This document shows, in pieces, positions 30,666 through 41,536 of a stretch of DNA of 64,000 bases; position 1 is the first letter of the stretch; every line of letters starts with the position of its first letter. Source of the DNA: Chlorobiota bacterium. Its GTDB lineage: Bacteria; Bacteroidota; Ignavibacteria; Kapaibacteriales; UBA2268. The translations under genes and the position numbers were made by a program. Under the pieces are notes generated by a model. It ran no database searches, was not told the origin of the DNA, and was given only the letters and a program-made list of their open reading frames with translations. The stretch lies in the NCBI GenBank assembly GCA_041595255.1, contig JBFHKR010000001.1:1140-65139 (forward strand), given 5' to 3'.

Positions 30666-33050
30666 TTATAGTAATTCTAAAACTGTAACACCTTCTCCAC
30701 CTTCAGCTAAGGTACCATTTCTGAATGATTTAATAGATGTTTGCATTTTCAAATATTCATGTATTGCTTGTCTTAGTGCTCCTGTACCTTTACCATGTAA
30801 AATTGTTAGAAATGGCAGTCCAGCGATTACGGCATCATTTAGAAAGCTATCAACTATTGCTAATGCCTCATTAACTCTTTCTCCCCTTACATCTACCCGT
30901 GTTTCTGCACCCATCTTAAAAAATTTACTCGAGTCATTATTAGCATTATTAATTTCTTTTTTTACTTTTCCACTTACTATTACTAATTTATTTAGCTCTG
31001 TCCTAAATTTTAATCCATTGAATTCTACAACCGCATGTTTTTCATCTTCTACTAATTCTATAACAATACCAGGAGTATCATAAGTATCAATTCTAACTAT
31101 GTCTCCTTTCTCTATTTTACCTTCTGATTTTATGCTTTTTTCTTCTTTTTTATGAGGTTGTGATAGCTTTTGTTTTAATTCTTCTTTCTTTATCTCAAAC
31201 TCTTTTTTTACTTCACCTAGCTTTCTTTTACCTTCTTGTATTTCTCTAATCGTATTTTCTACTAACTTATTAGCCTCAATTAATATTATATTTGCTTCTT
31301 GTTGGGCTTTTAGTTTATAATCAGATTTATTCTTTCTTACTTCTTCAACTAATTTTTCATATTCATTTTGTTTAGATTCGGCTTTTCTTAAACTATTCTC
31401 AGCTTCTAGTTTCATCTTCTCAGCTTGTTTTCTATAATTAACAATTTCAGATATACTTCTGTCAATTTCAGAATCTTTAGTATCTAAGTAACTTTCTGCT
31501 CTTGTAAGTATTAATTTTGATAACCCTATACTTTCTGCTAAGTTGAAAGCATAACTATTACCTGGGACACCTGCTAAAAAGTTATAAGTAGGTTTTAGAT
31601 TTTCTTCATCAAACTCAAGTGAAGCATTTTCAATATTTTCTTTGTTCAAAGCATAAGTTTTAAGTGAAGATTGGTGTGTAGTAACTATGAACTTAAGATT
31701 GTAGTTAAGAGTTGTATCCAATATACCAGAAGCCAATGCTGAACCTTCTTTGGGATCTGTACCCGAACATATCTCATCTACTAGCATTAGGGCATCAGGA
31801 TCAGCAACGTCAAGAATATCTTTGATCCTCTTCATCTGTGAAGAAAATGTACTTAAATCCATTTCGATAGATTGGTGATCTCCGATGGAAGTAAATATAT
31901 CTCGCAATCCAGTTTTGCAGAAGCCAAATGTGTAAATTCCAGACATAGCCATTAATAAATTGAGACCAATATTTTTCAAAGCAACGGTTTTTCCTCCGGC
32001 ATTTGGTCCTGAAATCAGGTGGCCTTGTTTTATAGAGTCGAAACTAATAGATAATGGCATTACTTGCTTTTTATTTTTATTCTTCAAAAGTAATGGATGA
32101 TAAATATTTTTTAATTCTATTTCATTACTTTCAACTATTATAGGTTTCATACCATCATATTTACGAGCATACTTTGCTTTGGCATTTATCAGATCTAATC
32201 TAGTTATTACTTCATTAGTTTCAATTAGAATTTCTGATTCTTGTCCGATTTCTTGAGTTATTTCACTTAAAATTCGAAATATTTCCTTCTTTTCTTCATT
32301 TCTAAGTATCGAAAGACTATTGTTCATGTCAATGATTTCAGATGGTTCTAAAAATACTGTACTTCCAGTATTTGATAAACCATGAATAATTCCTGGAATT
32401 TGGTTTTTAAACTCTGTTTTAACAGGAATTACAAATCTTTCTTCTCTTAAAGTATAAAAATCATCTTGAAGCAAATCGTCTTGAAAGGTCTTTTTAAGAA
32501 TTGATTGCAGTTTATTTCTTAATCTATCGGAAGTTGAAAGAATATTCCTTCTTATAGATTGCAATTGTTTTGATGCAGTATCTTTGATTTCACCATTGTC
32601 ACTAATAGCATCATCAATGTGTTTTTCGATGAATTGGTTATAGTGTATTAGTTCTTTTAAGCTACTTAGACTTACTAAAGACTCACTTTTGATTAAAATA
32701 TAATTATAAACTAATCTAAATACTCTAAGGTTATCTTTTATCCTCAATAATTCAAACTCATCTAAAATAGCATTACTGATTTGTGCCTTTTTTAAAGAGG
32801 AATCTATTTCTCTTAGTCCTGATAAAGGTAATTCTTCTCCATTCTGGAATATATTAATGACATCTTCAGTCAAATCTAATTCATTCTTTAAATCTTGTAA
32901 ATTACTAAATGGCTTTATGTTAAGCGTCAGATTCGAAGCTTTTTTTGAATTACAAAGCTTTGAAATTTCTTCTAATACCGTACCGAACTCAAGTTCTTTT
33001 TCTGTCTCTATTAAAAGTCTGTTTCTTAAAAGGTCTAACTCTTTACTCAT
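30666..33050 (-). CDS. mutS2: Endonuclease MutS2 (MutS domain V ATPase + C-terminal Smr domain)
   Basis: 794 aa. Walker A GPNAGGKT, the MutS ABC-ATPase domain, coiled-coil region and an Smr-domain tail (LHGKGTGALRQAIHEYL). Confidence 0.9.
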   Translation of the reverse strand: MSKELDLLRNRLLIETEKELEFGTVLEEISKLCNSKKASNLTLNIKPFSNLQDLKNELDLTEDVINIFQNGEELPLSGLREIDSSLKKAQISNAILDEFELLRIKDNLRVFRLVYNYILIKSESLVSLSSLKELIHYNQFIEKHIDDAISDNGEIKDTASKQLQSIRRNILSTSDRLRNKLQSILKKTFQDDLLQDDFYTLREERFVIPVKTEFKNQIPGIIHGLSNTGSTVFLEPSEIIDMNNSLSILRNEEKKEIFRILSEITQEIGQESEILIETNEVITRLDLINAKAKYARKYDGMKPIIVESNEIELKNIYHPLLLKNKNKKQVMPLSISFDSIKQGHLISGPNAGGKTVALKNIGLNLLMAMSGIYTFGFCKTGLRDIFTSIGDHQSIEMDLSTFSSQMKRIKDILDVADPDALMLVDEICSGTDPKEGSALASGILDTTLNYNLKFIVTTHQSSLKTYALNKENIENASLEFDEENLKPTYNFLAGVPGNSYAFNLAESIGLSKLILTRAESYLDTKDSEIDRSISEIVNYRKQAEKMKLEAENSLRKAESKQNEYEKLVEEVRKNKSDYKLKAQQEANIILIEANKLVENTIREIQEGKRKLGEVKKEFEIKKEELKQKLSQPHKKEEKSIKSEGKIEKGDIVRIDTYDTPGIVIELVEDEKHAVVEFNGLKFRTELNKLVIVSGKVKKEINNANNDSSKFFKMGAETRVDVRGERVNEALAIVDSFLNDAVIAGLPFLTILHGKGTGALRQAIHEYLKMQTSIKSFRNGTLAEGGEGVTVLELL

Positions 33051-33502
33051 TAACTATTACTCAATAATTTTCTTACAATCTGTTGAACCATATTTCCATC
33101 TGCTTTGCCACTGACTTCTTGCATAGTTGCACCCATGACTTTACCCATGTCTGATATTTCTTTAGCATCAATTTTTTTAATTATGGATACAATCAAATTA
33201 TTTAATTCTTCTTCTGTTAATTGGGCTGGCATAAATTCTTGAATTATTTCTAATTCCAACTTTTCTTTTTCTGCAAGCTCTGTTCTTCCAGCTTGCAAAT
33301 ACATAGAAATTGAATCCTTTCTATTTTTAGCCGCTTTATTAAGCATTTTAGTAACTTCATCATCATTTAATACTTTACCACTTCCGCTTTTCTGAAATTC
33401 TAAAATCATAGATTTAAGAGAACGCAATGTTTCTAATCTAAGTTTTTGTCCTTCTTTAAGGGCTCTATTCATTTCTGATGTTATTTTCTCTTCGAAATTC
33501 AT
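33050..33502 (-). CDS. GatB/YqeY domain-containing protein
   Basis: 150 aa. The YqeY-family pattern is present throughout (MNRALKEGQKLRLETLRSLKS...). Confidence 0.85.
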   Translation of the reverse strand: MNFEEKITSEMNRALKEGQKLRLETLRSLKSMILEFQKSGSGKVLNDDEVTKMLNKAAKNRKDSISMYLQAGRTELAEKEKLELEIIQEFMPAQLTEEELNNLIVSIIKKIDAKEISDMGKVMGATMQEVSGKADGNMVQQIVRKLLSNS

Positions 33503-33671
33503 CTCTCACTCCATTTCTTATATCATTTTCAGCATTTTATTAATGCTTATTTATTAAAATAGTATATTGTTTATTAGTTTTGGTAAACTTTTAAATAATA
33601 ATATACGAGTAATTCTATTCATTATTTATAACGAATGAACTACTCTTATCAATAACAACTTTGAGAATAAT

Positions 33672-35921
33672 ATGTTAACTAAAATAATTAAGTCTGACTA
33701 TTTTTTAGCTGTTCTGATATCGCTTATTACAACTTCCGTTTTCTTTTGGGCGAATATTGTTGGAGACGCTTTTTTTTGGGAAGATATTGTTGAATATGTT
33801 TATCCTTTTCAAAACTTTGCTGCTACATCAGAAGGAATTCCTTTTTGGAACCCTTATACTTTTAGTGGGATGCCATTCTTTGCTGATATTCAAACGGGTT
33901 TTTACTACCCCCTAAATAGATTACTTGATTTATTCGTTTCAAATGATAGATTACCATTTGCAGCATTGCAACTAGTTATTATTCTACATTTCGCACTATC
34001 ACAATTTAATACTTTTTATTTATCACGAAAGCTTGGTATTTCTAAATATGGTAGTGTGTTAGCTGGTATAGGGTATAGTTTTTCAATGTTGATGATTTGT
34101 CATACTATACACCCTATGATTATCTACCAGTTAGCTTGGTTGCCTTTAGTTATAGGTGTTTTATATTTTGCTTTTGATAAAGGGAAAATATATTTAGGTG
34201 TTTTAAGTGGACTTATTTTAGGTTTATCAATTTTAGCTGGACACCCTCAGACTATTTTATACGAATTTATTTTTATTGGTCTATTCGCAATTGGTTTTCT
34301 AGTGAAATCATTCAAAACGAAAGAACTTAATACTACTAAATTAATTGTATCTACTATTCTGACTTTTATAATTGCGTATGGATTATTCACAGTACAGTTA
34401 TTACCAGCTCAAGAACTTGCAGAATTGTCGCAAAGAGCTGAGATAAACTATGAAAAAGCTACTGAAGGATCGTTGCATTTCAAACAAGCATTAACAACAG
34501 TTGTACCAAATCTATTTGGTACGGTTAGTGGGGATGATTTAAGAAGTGCCTCTTTCTATTTACCTTTTGAAGGAGTACAAGGTATTCATTACTATTGGGA
34601 AACCAGTTTTTATTTTGGAGCATTAATATTTGCTCTTGGACTATTTTCAGTTATAGTAGGCTACAAGGACATCAAAATAATTATATTTGCTTTAATTTCT
34701 ATTTTTGGTTTTTTATTCTCTTTAGGCTCGAATTCCTTTTTCTTTGATATATTTTATAATCTTCCATACATAAATACATTTCGTATGCCAGCAAGGATGA
34801 TGTTTTTTGTCACATTGAGTTTTAGTTTATTGGCGGGTATAGGTTTTGATATACTTCTAGATAAATCTAAAAAATATACTAAAGAGTTAGTTTTCGCATT
34901 CGCTATTCCTATTATTATGTCAATATTAGTAATGACAGGCTCATTTTATGACGGTTTTAATACTCCTGAACTACTTAGAGATGGAATAAATTCGAGAGCG
35001 TTAGGTACTATTACAATTCTAATATTAGGTTTAGGCATTGCATATTTTACTTCAAATAAGTTTCTTAAAGCCGCAATATCAGGTCCTCTTCTAATTTTCA
35101 TATTATTTTTTGATCTATTTTCAGTTGGAGGTGGTTTTAATAGCAACCCACAGAATCCAATAGAAGACCAGATACCAAATGGTTATAGGATGCCTCAAGA
35201 GTTTAAAAAGGCATTTGTACCCAGTCTACCCGAAGATATATTTAGAGTCAATATGAGACTTTATCAACCAGTGAGATATATGGCAATGAAGCGTAATCAA
35301 GGAATGGTTGATAAAATAATGCTGATTGAAGGTTACAATCCATTGTTACTTCAAAGAGTAAATCCACCTATGCCTAATATTGATTTAAATATGGATATAC
35401 TTAATGTACGATATTCAGTCGGTATAGATAGGAATTTAAATGCTCCTAGATTCTACGAAAATATTGATAGATTTGGAAATGCATGGTTCGTAAATAAAGT
35501 TATAGTCACTGACTCTTCCAATATAAAAAGTATAATGGAATCCGGTGAATATGATTTAAAGAAAACTGCACTTTTCGAGAAGAAAATTGATTTTGAATCA
35601 ATAGAAGAAGAGCCATTATCAGAAATCAAGTGTATTAGTTATGAAAATAATCGATTGGAGTACAAAATCAGCAATTCTACTGATGGATTATTAATTCTAA
35701 GTGAGATATATTACCCATCATGGAAAGCTAAAGTCAACAAAAAAGATTCAGAAGTACATTTGGTTAATTATTGCTTTAGAGCAATTAAGTTGAAGAAAGG
35801 AGAAAATCATGTTGTTGTTGAATATGATTCTGATACTTACAATACTGGATTTATTATTTCTTTAATTACTCTTTTTCTTTCCTTAGTTTCAATAATTATT
35901 CTAAGAAAATATGAGATATAG
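33672..35921 (+). CDS. YfhO-like polytopic membrane protein (possible glycosyltransferase-family membrane protein)
   Basis: 749 aa. More than 12 predicted TM helices sit in the N-terminal two-thirds, followed by a soluble C-terminal domain and a final TM. This architecture is typical of YfhO/DUF proteins. Confidence 0.5.
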   Translation: MLTKIIKSDYFLAVLISLITTSVFFWANIVGDAFFWEDIVEYVYPFQNFAATSEGIPFWNPYTFSGMPFFADIQTGFYYPLNRLLDLFVSNDRLPFAALQLVIILHFALSQFNTFYLSRKLGISKYGSVLAGIGYSFSMLMICHTIHPMIIYQLAWLPLVIGVLYFAFDKGKIYLGVLSGLILGLSILAGHPQTILYEFIFIGLFAIGFLVKSFKTKELNTTKLIVSTILTFIIAYGLFTVQLLPAQELAELSQRAEINYEKATEGSLHFKQALTTVVPNLFGTVSGDDLRSASFYLPFEGVQGIHYYWETSFYFGALIFALGLFSVIVGYKDIKIIIFALISIFGFLFSLGSNSFFFDIFYNLPYINTFRMPARMMFFVTLSFSLLAGIGFDILLDKSKKYTKELVFAFAIPIIMSILVMTGSFYDGFNTPELLRDGINSRALGTITILILGLGIAYFTSNKFLKAAISGPLLIFILFFDLFSVGGGFNSNPQNPIEDQIPNGYRMPQEFKKAFVPSLPEDIFRVNMRLYQPVRYMAMKRNQGMVDKIMLIEGYNPLLLQRVNPPMPNIDLNMDILNVRYSVGIDRNLNAPRFYENIDRFGNAWFVNKVIVTDSSNIKSIMESGEYDLKKTALFEKKIDFESIEEEPLSEIKCISYENNRLEYKISNSTDGLLILSEIYYPSWKAKVNKKDSEVHLVNYCFRAIKLKKGENHVVVEYDSDTYNTGFIISLITLFLSLVSIIILRKYEI

Positions 35922-37806
35922 TATTATTATATTAATTATCCTTTTATCATTACATAATTTGAATGCTGATGAAGCAACTGATAAACTGGAGAAATTATAT
36001 AAACAAGAAAATTTATCCAAAGAAAAAAAGGTAGAGTTATTATTCAGGCTTTTAGTCGAGTATAGAAATGTACTTCCTATGAAAGGCATTGATTATGCAA
36101 AAATAGGACTTGATATAATAGATAAAGACCCCAAATTAGATAGTTTATATAGATTTAAATTTATAAATGGAATTGGTGATTCATTTCGGTACATAAGTAG
36201 AAATGAAGAAGCTATTGATTTTTATTTCAAAGCTTTAAGAATAGCTGAAAAATCAAAAAAAGAAAGAGATAGAGCTATAGCACTAAACAATATAGGTCTT
36301 ATATATAACAATATAAAAGACTATAAACTTGCCTTAGACTATATCAAACAATCTTTCCGTATATTTAAACAATACAATGAAAAGCCATTAATTATTCAGT
36401 CTTATAACAATTTAGCTTCTATATATTGGAATGATAAACAAATAGATAGTGCACTTAAATACTATAATCTGGCTTTTGAGGTAAGTAAAGAAATTAATGA
36501 TTTGGTTGGACTCTTGCATAGTTACAATAATTTAGGTGTTGTATATCTAGGTAAAGGTGATAATTATACAGCTTTAGAGTTTTTCTATAGATCACTAGAA
36601 ATAAGTCAAGATCTAAAAGATAGAAAAGGTGAAGCTGAAACTTTGAATAATTTAGGACAAGTATTTATTAGTCTTGAAAAATATAATACTGCGGCTTCAA
36701 ATATCGAAGATGCTTTATCAATAGCTCAAGAATTAAATGCCAAAGCAATTATTGCGGATAGTTATTTTTATCTTTCTAAGTTATATGAAAATACTTCTGA
36801 TTATAAAGCAGCATTAAGTTATAGTAAGCTTTTTAACTCCACTAAAGATAGTATATACAATGTAGAACAAAATAGAAGAATCCAAAAGCTACATGAAGAA
36901 TATATGCTACAAAAGAAAGATACAGAAATCCAAATACTTAAGAAAGATAAAGAGTTAACTCAGGTTCTGATTATTGGAGCTGTATCATTAACTATTTTGT
37001 TGATATTTATAGCTATACTTCTTTTTTCTAAATATAGATCCAAGCGAAAGACGAATCAAATACTTACTGAGTTAAACAAACAATTAAATGACAGCAATAG
37101 TCAACTGCATGAGATAAATTTAACTAAAGATAAAATCTTCACAATAATAGCTCATGATTTGAAAAACCCTTTAAGTGGTTTCAAAAACATAACTTCTGTT
37201 TTAGTTGATTATTATAATGATATGAGCCAAGAAGAAATTAAAGATTCTCTTGCTACAATCAAAGATGCCTCAAATAACCTAATGTTATTGTTAGAAAATC
37301 TATTAACCTGGGCTAAATTACAGAAAAATGAGATTGAGATTTATCCAGAGAAGTTTGCTATTAATTATTTAGTTAAAAAATATATAGATCATTATACACC
37401 TAAAGCTAAAAGCAAAAATATTGATATTGTTTATAACAATGGACAAGAAGTATATGCTTATGGGGACCCAAATTTATTATCCATAGTAATTAAAAACTTG
37501 GTTTCAAATGCAATAAAGTATTCGAAAGTAGATAGTAAAGTTGTTATAGATGTTCAAAATATAGATTCAAAGGCAAATTTTACAATATCTGATAAAGGAA
37601 TTGGAATTGATAAAGTTATGCTACAAGATATATTTGAAATAGGGAATGGTAAAGATTCTCGGTTTGGTACGGAAGGGGAGAGGGGGACTGGTATTGGTCT
37701 TATCTTAAGCAAGTCTTTCATCGAGATGAATGAAGGGGAAATATGGATTGAATCACAAGAAGGAGAAGGGACTACTGTTTCTTTTAGCATACCAGCCAAA
37801 CATTGA
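35911..37806 (+). CDS. TPR-repeat sensor histidine kinase
   Basis: 631 aa. Signal peptide, about 7 TPR repeats (NNLG..Y motif recurring), a TM, H-box IIAHDLKNPLSG and G-boxes (GTGIGLILSK). The start overlaps the yfhO-like stop. Confidence 0.85.
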   Translation: MRYSIIILIILLSLHNLNADEATDKLEKLYKQENLSKEKKVELLFRLLVEYRNVLPMKGIDYAKIGLDIIDKDPKLDSLYRFKFINGIGDSFRYISRNEEAIDFYFKALRIAEKSKKERDRAIALNNIGLIYNNIKDYKLALDYIKQSFRIFKQYNEKPLIIQSYNNLASIYWNDKQIDSALKYYNLAFEVSKEINDLVGLLHSYNNLGVVYLGKGDNYTALEFFYRSLEISQDLKDRKGEAETLNNLGQVFISLEKYNTAASNIEDALSIAQELNAKAIIADSYFYLSKLYENTSDYKAALSYSKLFNSTKDSIYNVEQNRRIQKLHEEYMLQKKDTEIQILKKDKELTQVLIIGAVSLTILLIFIAILLFSKYRSKRKTNQILTELNKQLNDSNSQLHEINLTKDKIFTIIAHDLKNPLSGFKNITSVLVDYYNDMSQEEIKDSLATIKDASNNLMLLLENLLTWAKLQKNEIEIYPEKFAINYLVKKYIDHYTPKAKSKNIDIVYNNGQEVYAYGDPNLLSIVIKNLVSNAIKYSKVDSKVVIDVQNIDSKANFTISDKGIGIDKVMLQDIFEIGNGKDSRFGTEGERGTGIGLILSKSFIEMNEGEIWIESQEGEGTTVSFSIPAKH

Positions 37807-37823
37807 AAAAAAAAGCACAAACT

Positions 37824-37857
37824 AAAAAAGCCGGTCAAGCCGGCTTTTTTTATTTTT
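37824..37857. terminator. Bidirectional rho-independent terminator (convergent TPR-HK and rpsP)
   Basis: Hairpin aaaaaagccgg-tcaa-gccggctttttt with flanking A- and T-runs. Confidence 0.8.
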
Positions 37858-37877
37858 GGCAATTAATATGCTAAATA

Positions 37878-38327
37878 TTATTCAGCAGTATCAGTTGATT
37901 CTTCAGTAGATGCTGCTTCAGGAGCAGACTCAACAACTTCAATAACTTCTTCAACAGCTGGTTTTGCTTTTTTAGCTTTTCTAGCTTTTTTCAATCTATC
38001 GTGTCTAGCTAGTGCATTTTCTTTATGTTTAGTTACTTGTTCAGAAATCTGATCTTCATCTAAACCTTTGAAAAGTAATGCTCTCTTAAGCAAAACACCT
38101 TCGTGACTAAATATATTTTTAACAGTTAAAGTAGGTTGCGCACCTTCATTTAACCAATAAATAGCCCTATTATCATCCAATTTAACAGTGTTTGGACTTG
38201 TATTTGGATCATAATATCCAAGTCTTTCGATGTATGCACCATCTCTTTTTCTTCTGCTATCAACAGCTACAACATCATATACGGGGTAACCTTTACGCCC
38301 TTTTCTTCTTAGTCTTAATTTTACCAT
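37878..38327 (-). CDS. rpsP: 30S ribosomal protein S16 (with Lys/Ala/Glu-rich C-terminal extension)
   Basis: 149 aa. MVKLRLRRKGRKGYPVYDVVAVDSRRKRDG is a canonical S16 N-terminus. A long charged tail follows. Confidence 0.95.
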   Translation of the reverse strand: MVKLRLRRKGRKGYPVYDVVAVDSRRKRDGAYIERLGYYDPNTSPNTVKLDDNRAIYWLNEGAQPTLTVKNIFSHEGVLLKRALLFKGLDEDQISEQVTKHKENALARHDRLKKARKAKKAKPAVEEVIEVVESAPEAASTEESTDTAE

Positions 38328-38371
38328 TTTTGTAATATTACCTGATTATTTACTGCAATTTAATTTCAAAT

Positions 38372-39712
38372 TTATTTAATACCAAATTTTCCTAAACCTA
38401 AACCACCTAACATTCTAGATTTTTTACCCCTAGATATGTTTTTTAGCATCTTACCCATATCATCAAATTGCTTTAAAAGTCGGTTGACATCTTGTACATT
38501 TGTCCCACTTCCCTTAGCAATACGCATTCTACGGGAACCATTTATAATTTTCGGATTGGTTCTTTCTTTCTTTGTCATTGATTGGATGATAGCTTCAACT
38601 TTTTTGAAAGCACCATCATCTATATTTACATTTCTAAGTTGTTTATCCATACCTGGTATCATACCAAGCAAATCTTTTAAAGAACCCATCTTTTGGATAG
38701 CTCTTAATTGACTTAGGAAATCATCAAACGTAAATTCATTTTTTCTAATTTTTTCTTCCAACTGCTCAGCTTCAGCTTTATCTATTTGTGCTTCAGCTTT
38801 TTCAACTAAAGTTAGTATGTCACCCATACCTAATATTCTAGAAGCTATTCTTTCTGGGTGAAATGGTTCTAAATCATCAACAGTTTCACCTACACCAACA
38901 AATTTAATTGGTTTTCCAACAACATGTAGAACTGATAAAGCAGCTCCACCTCTTGTATCACCATCTAATTTAGTTAGTACTACACCCGTTAACTCTAGTT
39001 TATCATGAAATGCTTTTGCAGTAGTTACAGCATCTTGACCTATCATTGCGTCACAGACAAACAAAGTTTCAATAGGATCTATAGCTTTACTAATGTTTTG
39101 GACTTCATCCATCATCTTTTCATCTACTGTCAAACGTCCAGCAGTATCGACGATAATTGTGTCTCTTCCAAACTTTCTAGCATACTCTAAGGCATTCTTA
39201 GCTATAGCGATAGGATCAGTACTACCTTCTTCTGTGAAAACAGGAATCTTTACTTGTTCACCTAAAGTTTTCAACTGGTCGATAGCTGCAGGTCTATATA
39301 CGTCACAAGCAACTAACAGTGGTTGACGTCCTTTCTTACGCAGATTTTTAGCAAGTTTACCACAGAAAGTTGTTTTACCTGAACCTTGAAGTCCAGCAAC
39401 TAATATAATTGTAGGTTTTCCTGATGCGATTCTAAGTTCAGATCGCTTATTTCCCATTAATTCAACTAATTCATCGTTTACTATTTTTACTATTAGTTGA
39501 TCTGGTCTTAAAGTTCCTTTTACTTCGCTTCCAATAGCTTTTTCTTTTACACTATCTACGAATTTTTTAACGACATCAATATGAACATCTGCTTCTAGCA
39601 ATGCTCTACGAATTTCACGAAGTGCCTCAGAAATATTATCTTCGGTTATCTTGTTTTGACCGCGAAATTTCTTTAATGTTAGTTCTAACTTTTCTTGTAA
39701 ACTATCAAACAT
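38372..39712 (-). CDS. ffh: Signal recognition particle protein Ffh
   Basis: 446 aa. N and G domains are present (GLQGSGKTT, DTAGR), followed by the Met-rich M domain. Confidence 0.95.
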   Translation of the reverse strand: MFDSLQEKLELTLKKFRGQNKITEDNISEALREIRRALLEADVHIDVVKKFVDSVKEKAIGSEVKGTLRPDQLIVKIVNDELVELMGNKRSELRIASGKPTIILVAGLQGSGKTTFCGKLAKNLRKKGRQPLLVACDVYRPAAIDQLKTLGEQVKIPVFTEEGSTDPIAIAKNALEYARKFGRDTIIVDTAGRLTVDEKMMDEVQNISKAIDPIETLFVCDAMIGQDAVTTAKAFHDKLELTGVVLTKLDGDTRGGAALSVLHVVGKPIKFVGVGETVDDLEPFHPERIASRILGMGDILTLVEKAEAQIDKAEAEQLEEKIRKNEFTFDDFLSQLRAIQKMGSLKDLLGMIPGMDKQLRNVNIDDGAFKKVEAIIQSMTKKERTNPKIINGSRRMRIAKGSGTNVQDVNRLLKQFDDMGKMLKNISRGKKSRMLGGLGLGKFGIK

Positions 39713-39963
39713 ACTTATTTCTATTTTTCGATTTTATAAGATTACAAAAATAATATAACTTTGTGACTTGTGCAAGATGTCATTTCACTGTTTTTTATGG
39801 ATTTATTAAATTATGACTATATTTTTGATTGGAATGATAACTTCAGTTGTACTATTAGTACCGGCTTTGTATTTTTTTATAGAGAAAAAATATAAGTTAA
39901 TGACCGTTGTTTTAATTGTTAACTTACTTGTTACTGCTACACTTATTTATATTTCGCAATTAT

Positions 39964-41415
39964 TTAGAAGTTAGAATCATCATCAGACATACTTGGGCTT
40001 TCAGGCATTTCTTCATAACCATAACTTAAATTCTCAAACCTAGCATAATTTTTCTGAAATGCTATTCTTACAGTACCAATTGGTCCATTTCTTTGTTTAC
40101 CAATTATTAGTTCTGCAGTACCCTCTGTAGGAGTTTTGTCTTCGTATTCCATTTGTCCATATACTTCAGCCCTTTGTACAAATAATATAACATCAGCATC
40201 TTGTTCGATTGATCCTGATTCCCTCAAATCTGATAACATAGGTGAACGGCTTTTACCTGGTCGACTTTCTATTGAACGATTTAGCTGTGCTAATGCTATA
40301 ACAGGAATTTCTAATTCCTTTGCGATTTGCTTCAAAGTCATTGAAATTATTGAGATTTCTCTTTCTCTTGATTCCATACCTGAAGCTCTTATCAGTTGTA
40401 GATAATCGACAAATACAGCATCTATATTATGTTCTGCTTTTAGTCTACGACATTTTGCTCTTAGTTCCATAATCTCAATCATTGAGCTGTCATCAAAGTA
40501 AATTTTAGCATCGTTTAGTTTTCCTAAAGAGTCTATTATTTTTTGATTTTCGTGTGAATTTATCTTACCTGTTCTTATTTTCTGTTGGTTGATCTTAGCT
40601 TCAGCAGAAAGTAACCTTATTATCAGCTGAGTAGATGCCATCTCAAGTGAGAAAAATGCAATTGATTTTTTATATTCTACAGCTAAGTTTCTTGCTATTG
40701 ACAATGCTAATGCAGTTTTACCCATAGATGGTCGGGCTGCAATAATTATTAGTTCTGACTTTTGCAATCCACCTAAATATTTGTCTAAATCGACTAATCC
40801 TGTTGGCACACCCGTTAGTCCAGATTCGGATCTTACTCTCATTTGCTCTATTTGACGATAAGTCTCTTTGGTAAGTTCCCTCATTCCTTGATAATTCTTT
40901 GTCATTCGTTTTTCAGCTATTCTGAAAATCTCTGATTCAGCTTTGTCAATTTCAGTCAATATATCCTTACTATCATCATAAGCATTATTTATTACCTCAC
41001 CACTAGATTGTATTAGATCACGTCGTAATTGTTTTTCTAAGACTATTAGAGAATATTGTTCTACATTTGCAGCAGTTGCAACTTCCTTGTTAATTTTTGC
41101 TAAATAACCTCTACCACCAACATTATCTAGATTACCTGTTCTGGTTAAATGTTCAGATAATGTAATTATATCTACAGTTTCATTCTTTTCAGATAAGGCA
41201 ATAATTGATTCATAAATAAGTTTATGCTTTTGTGAATAAAATGAATCAGCAGATAAAAGCTCTGTGGCCTTTGATATTGCTTGCTTATTTAACATCATCG
41301 CACCAAGTACAGCTACTTCTGCTTCCATAGAATTTGGCGGCACTCTATTGCCAACAATAGGGCTAATTGAAGCTTCTTTTCTGTTTTCGTAATTTATTCT
41401 TTTGGCAGTTGACAT
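39964..41415 (-). CDS. dnaB: Replicative DNA helicase DnaB
   Basis: 483 aa. N-terminal DnaB domain, then Walker A (ARPSMGKTA) and the RecA-like H2-H4 motifs. No intein is present. Confidence 0.95.
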   Translation of the reverse strand: MSTAKRINYENRKEASISPIVGNRVPPNSMEAEVAVLGAMMLNKQAISKATELLSADSFYSQKHKLIYESIIALSEKNETVDIITLSEHLTRTGNLDNVGGRGYLAKINKEVATAANVEQYSLIVLEKQLRRDLIQSSGEVINNAYDDSKDILTEIDKAESEIFRIAEKRMTKNYQGMRELTKETYRQIEQMRVRSESGLTGVPTGLVDLDKYLGGLQKSELIIIAARPSMGKTALALSIARNLAVEYKKSIAFFSLEMASTQLIIRLLSAEAKINQQKIRTGKINSHENQKIIDSLGKLNDAKIYFDDSSMIEIMELRAKCRRLKAEHNIDAVFVDYLQLIRASGMESREREISIISMTLKQIAKELEIPVIALAQLNRSIESRPGKSRSPMLSDLRESGSIEQDADVILFVQRAEVYGQMEYEDKTPTEGTAELIIGKQRNGPIGTVRIAFQKNYARFENLSYGYEEMPESPSMSDDDSNF

Positions 41416-41536
41416 AATTTAATCTAATATTGAAATATTTTAGATTACATAATTAACATAAAAAAGATTATTATTATATTATGTTATCAACAAAAACGGT
41501 TATAGTTATTAATAATTATTCAACATTGAGGATATA

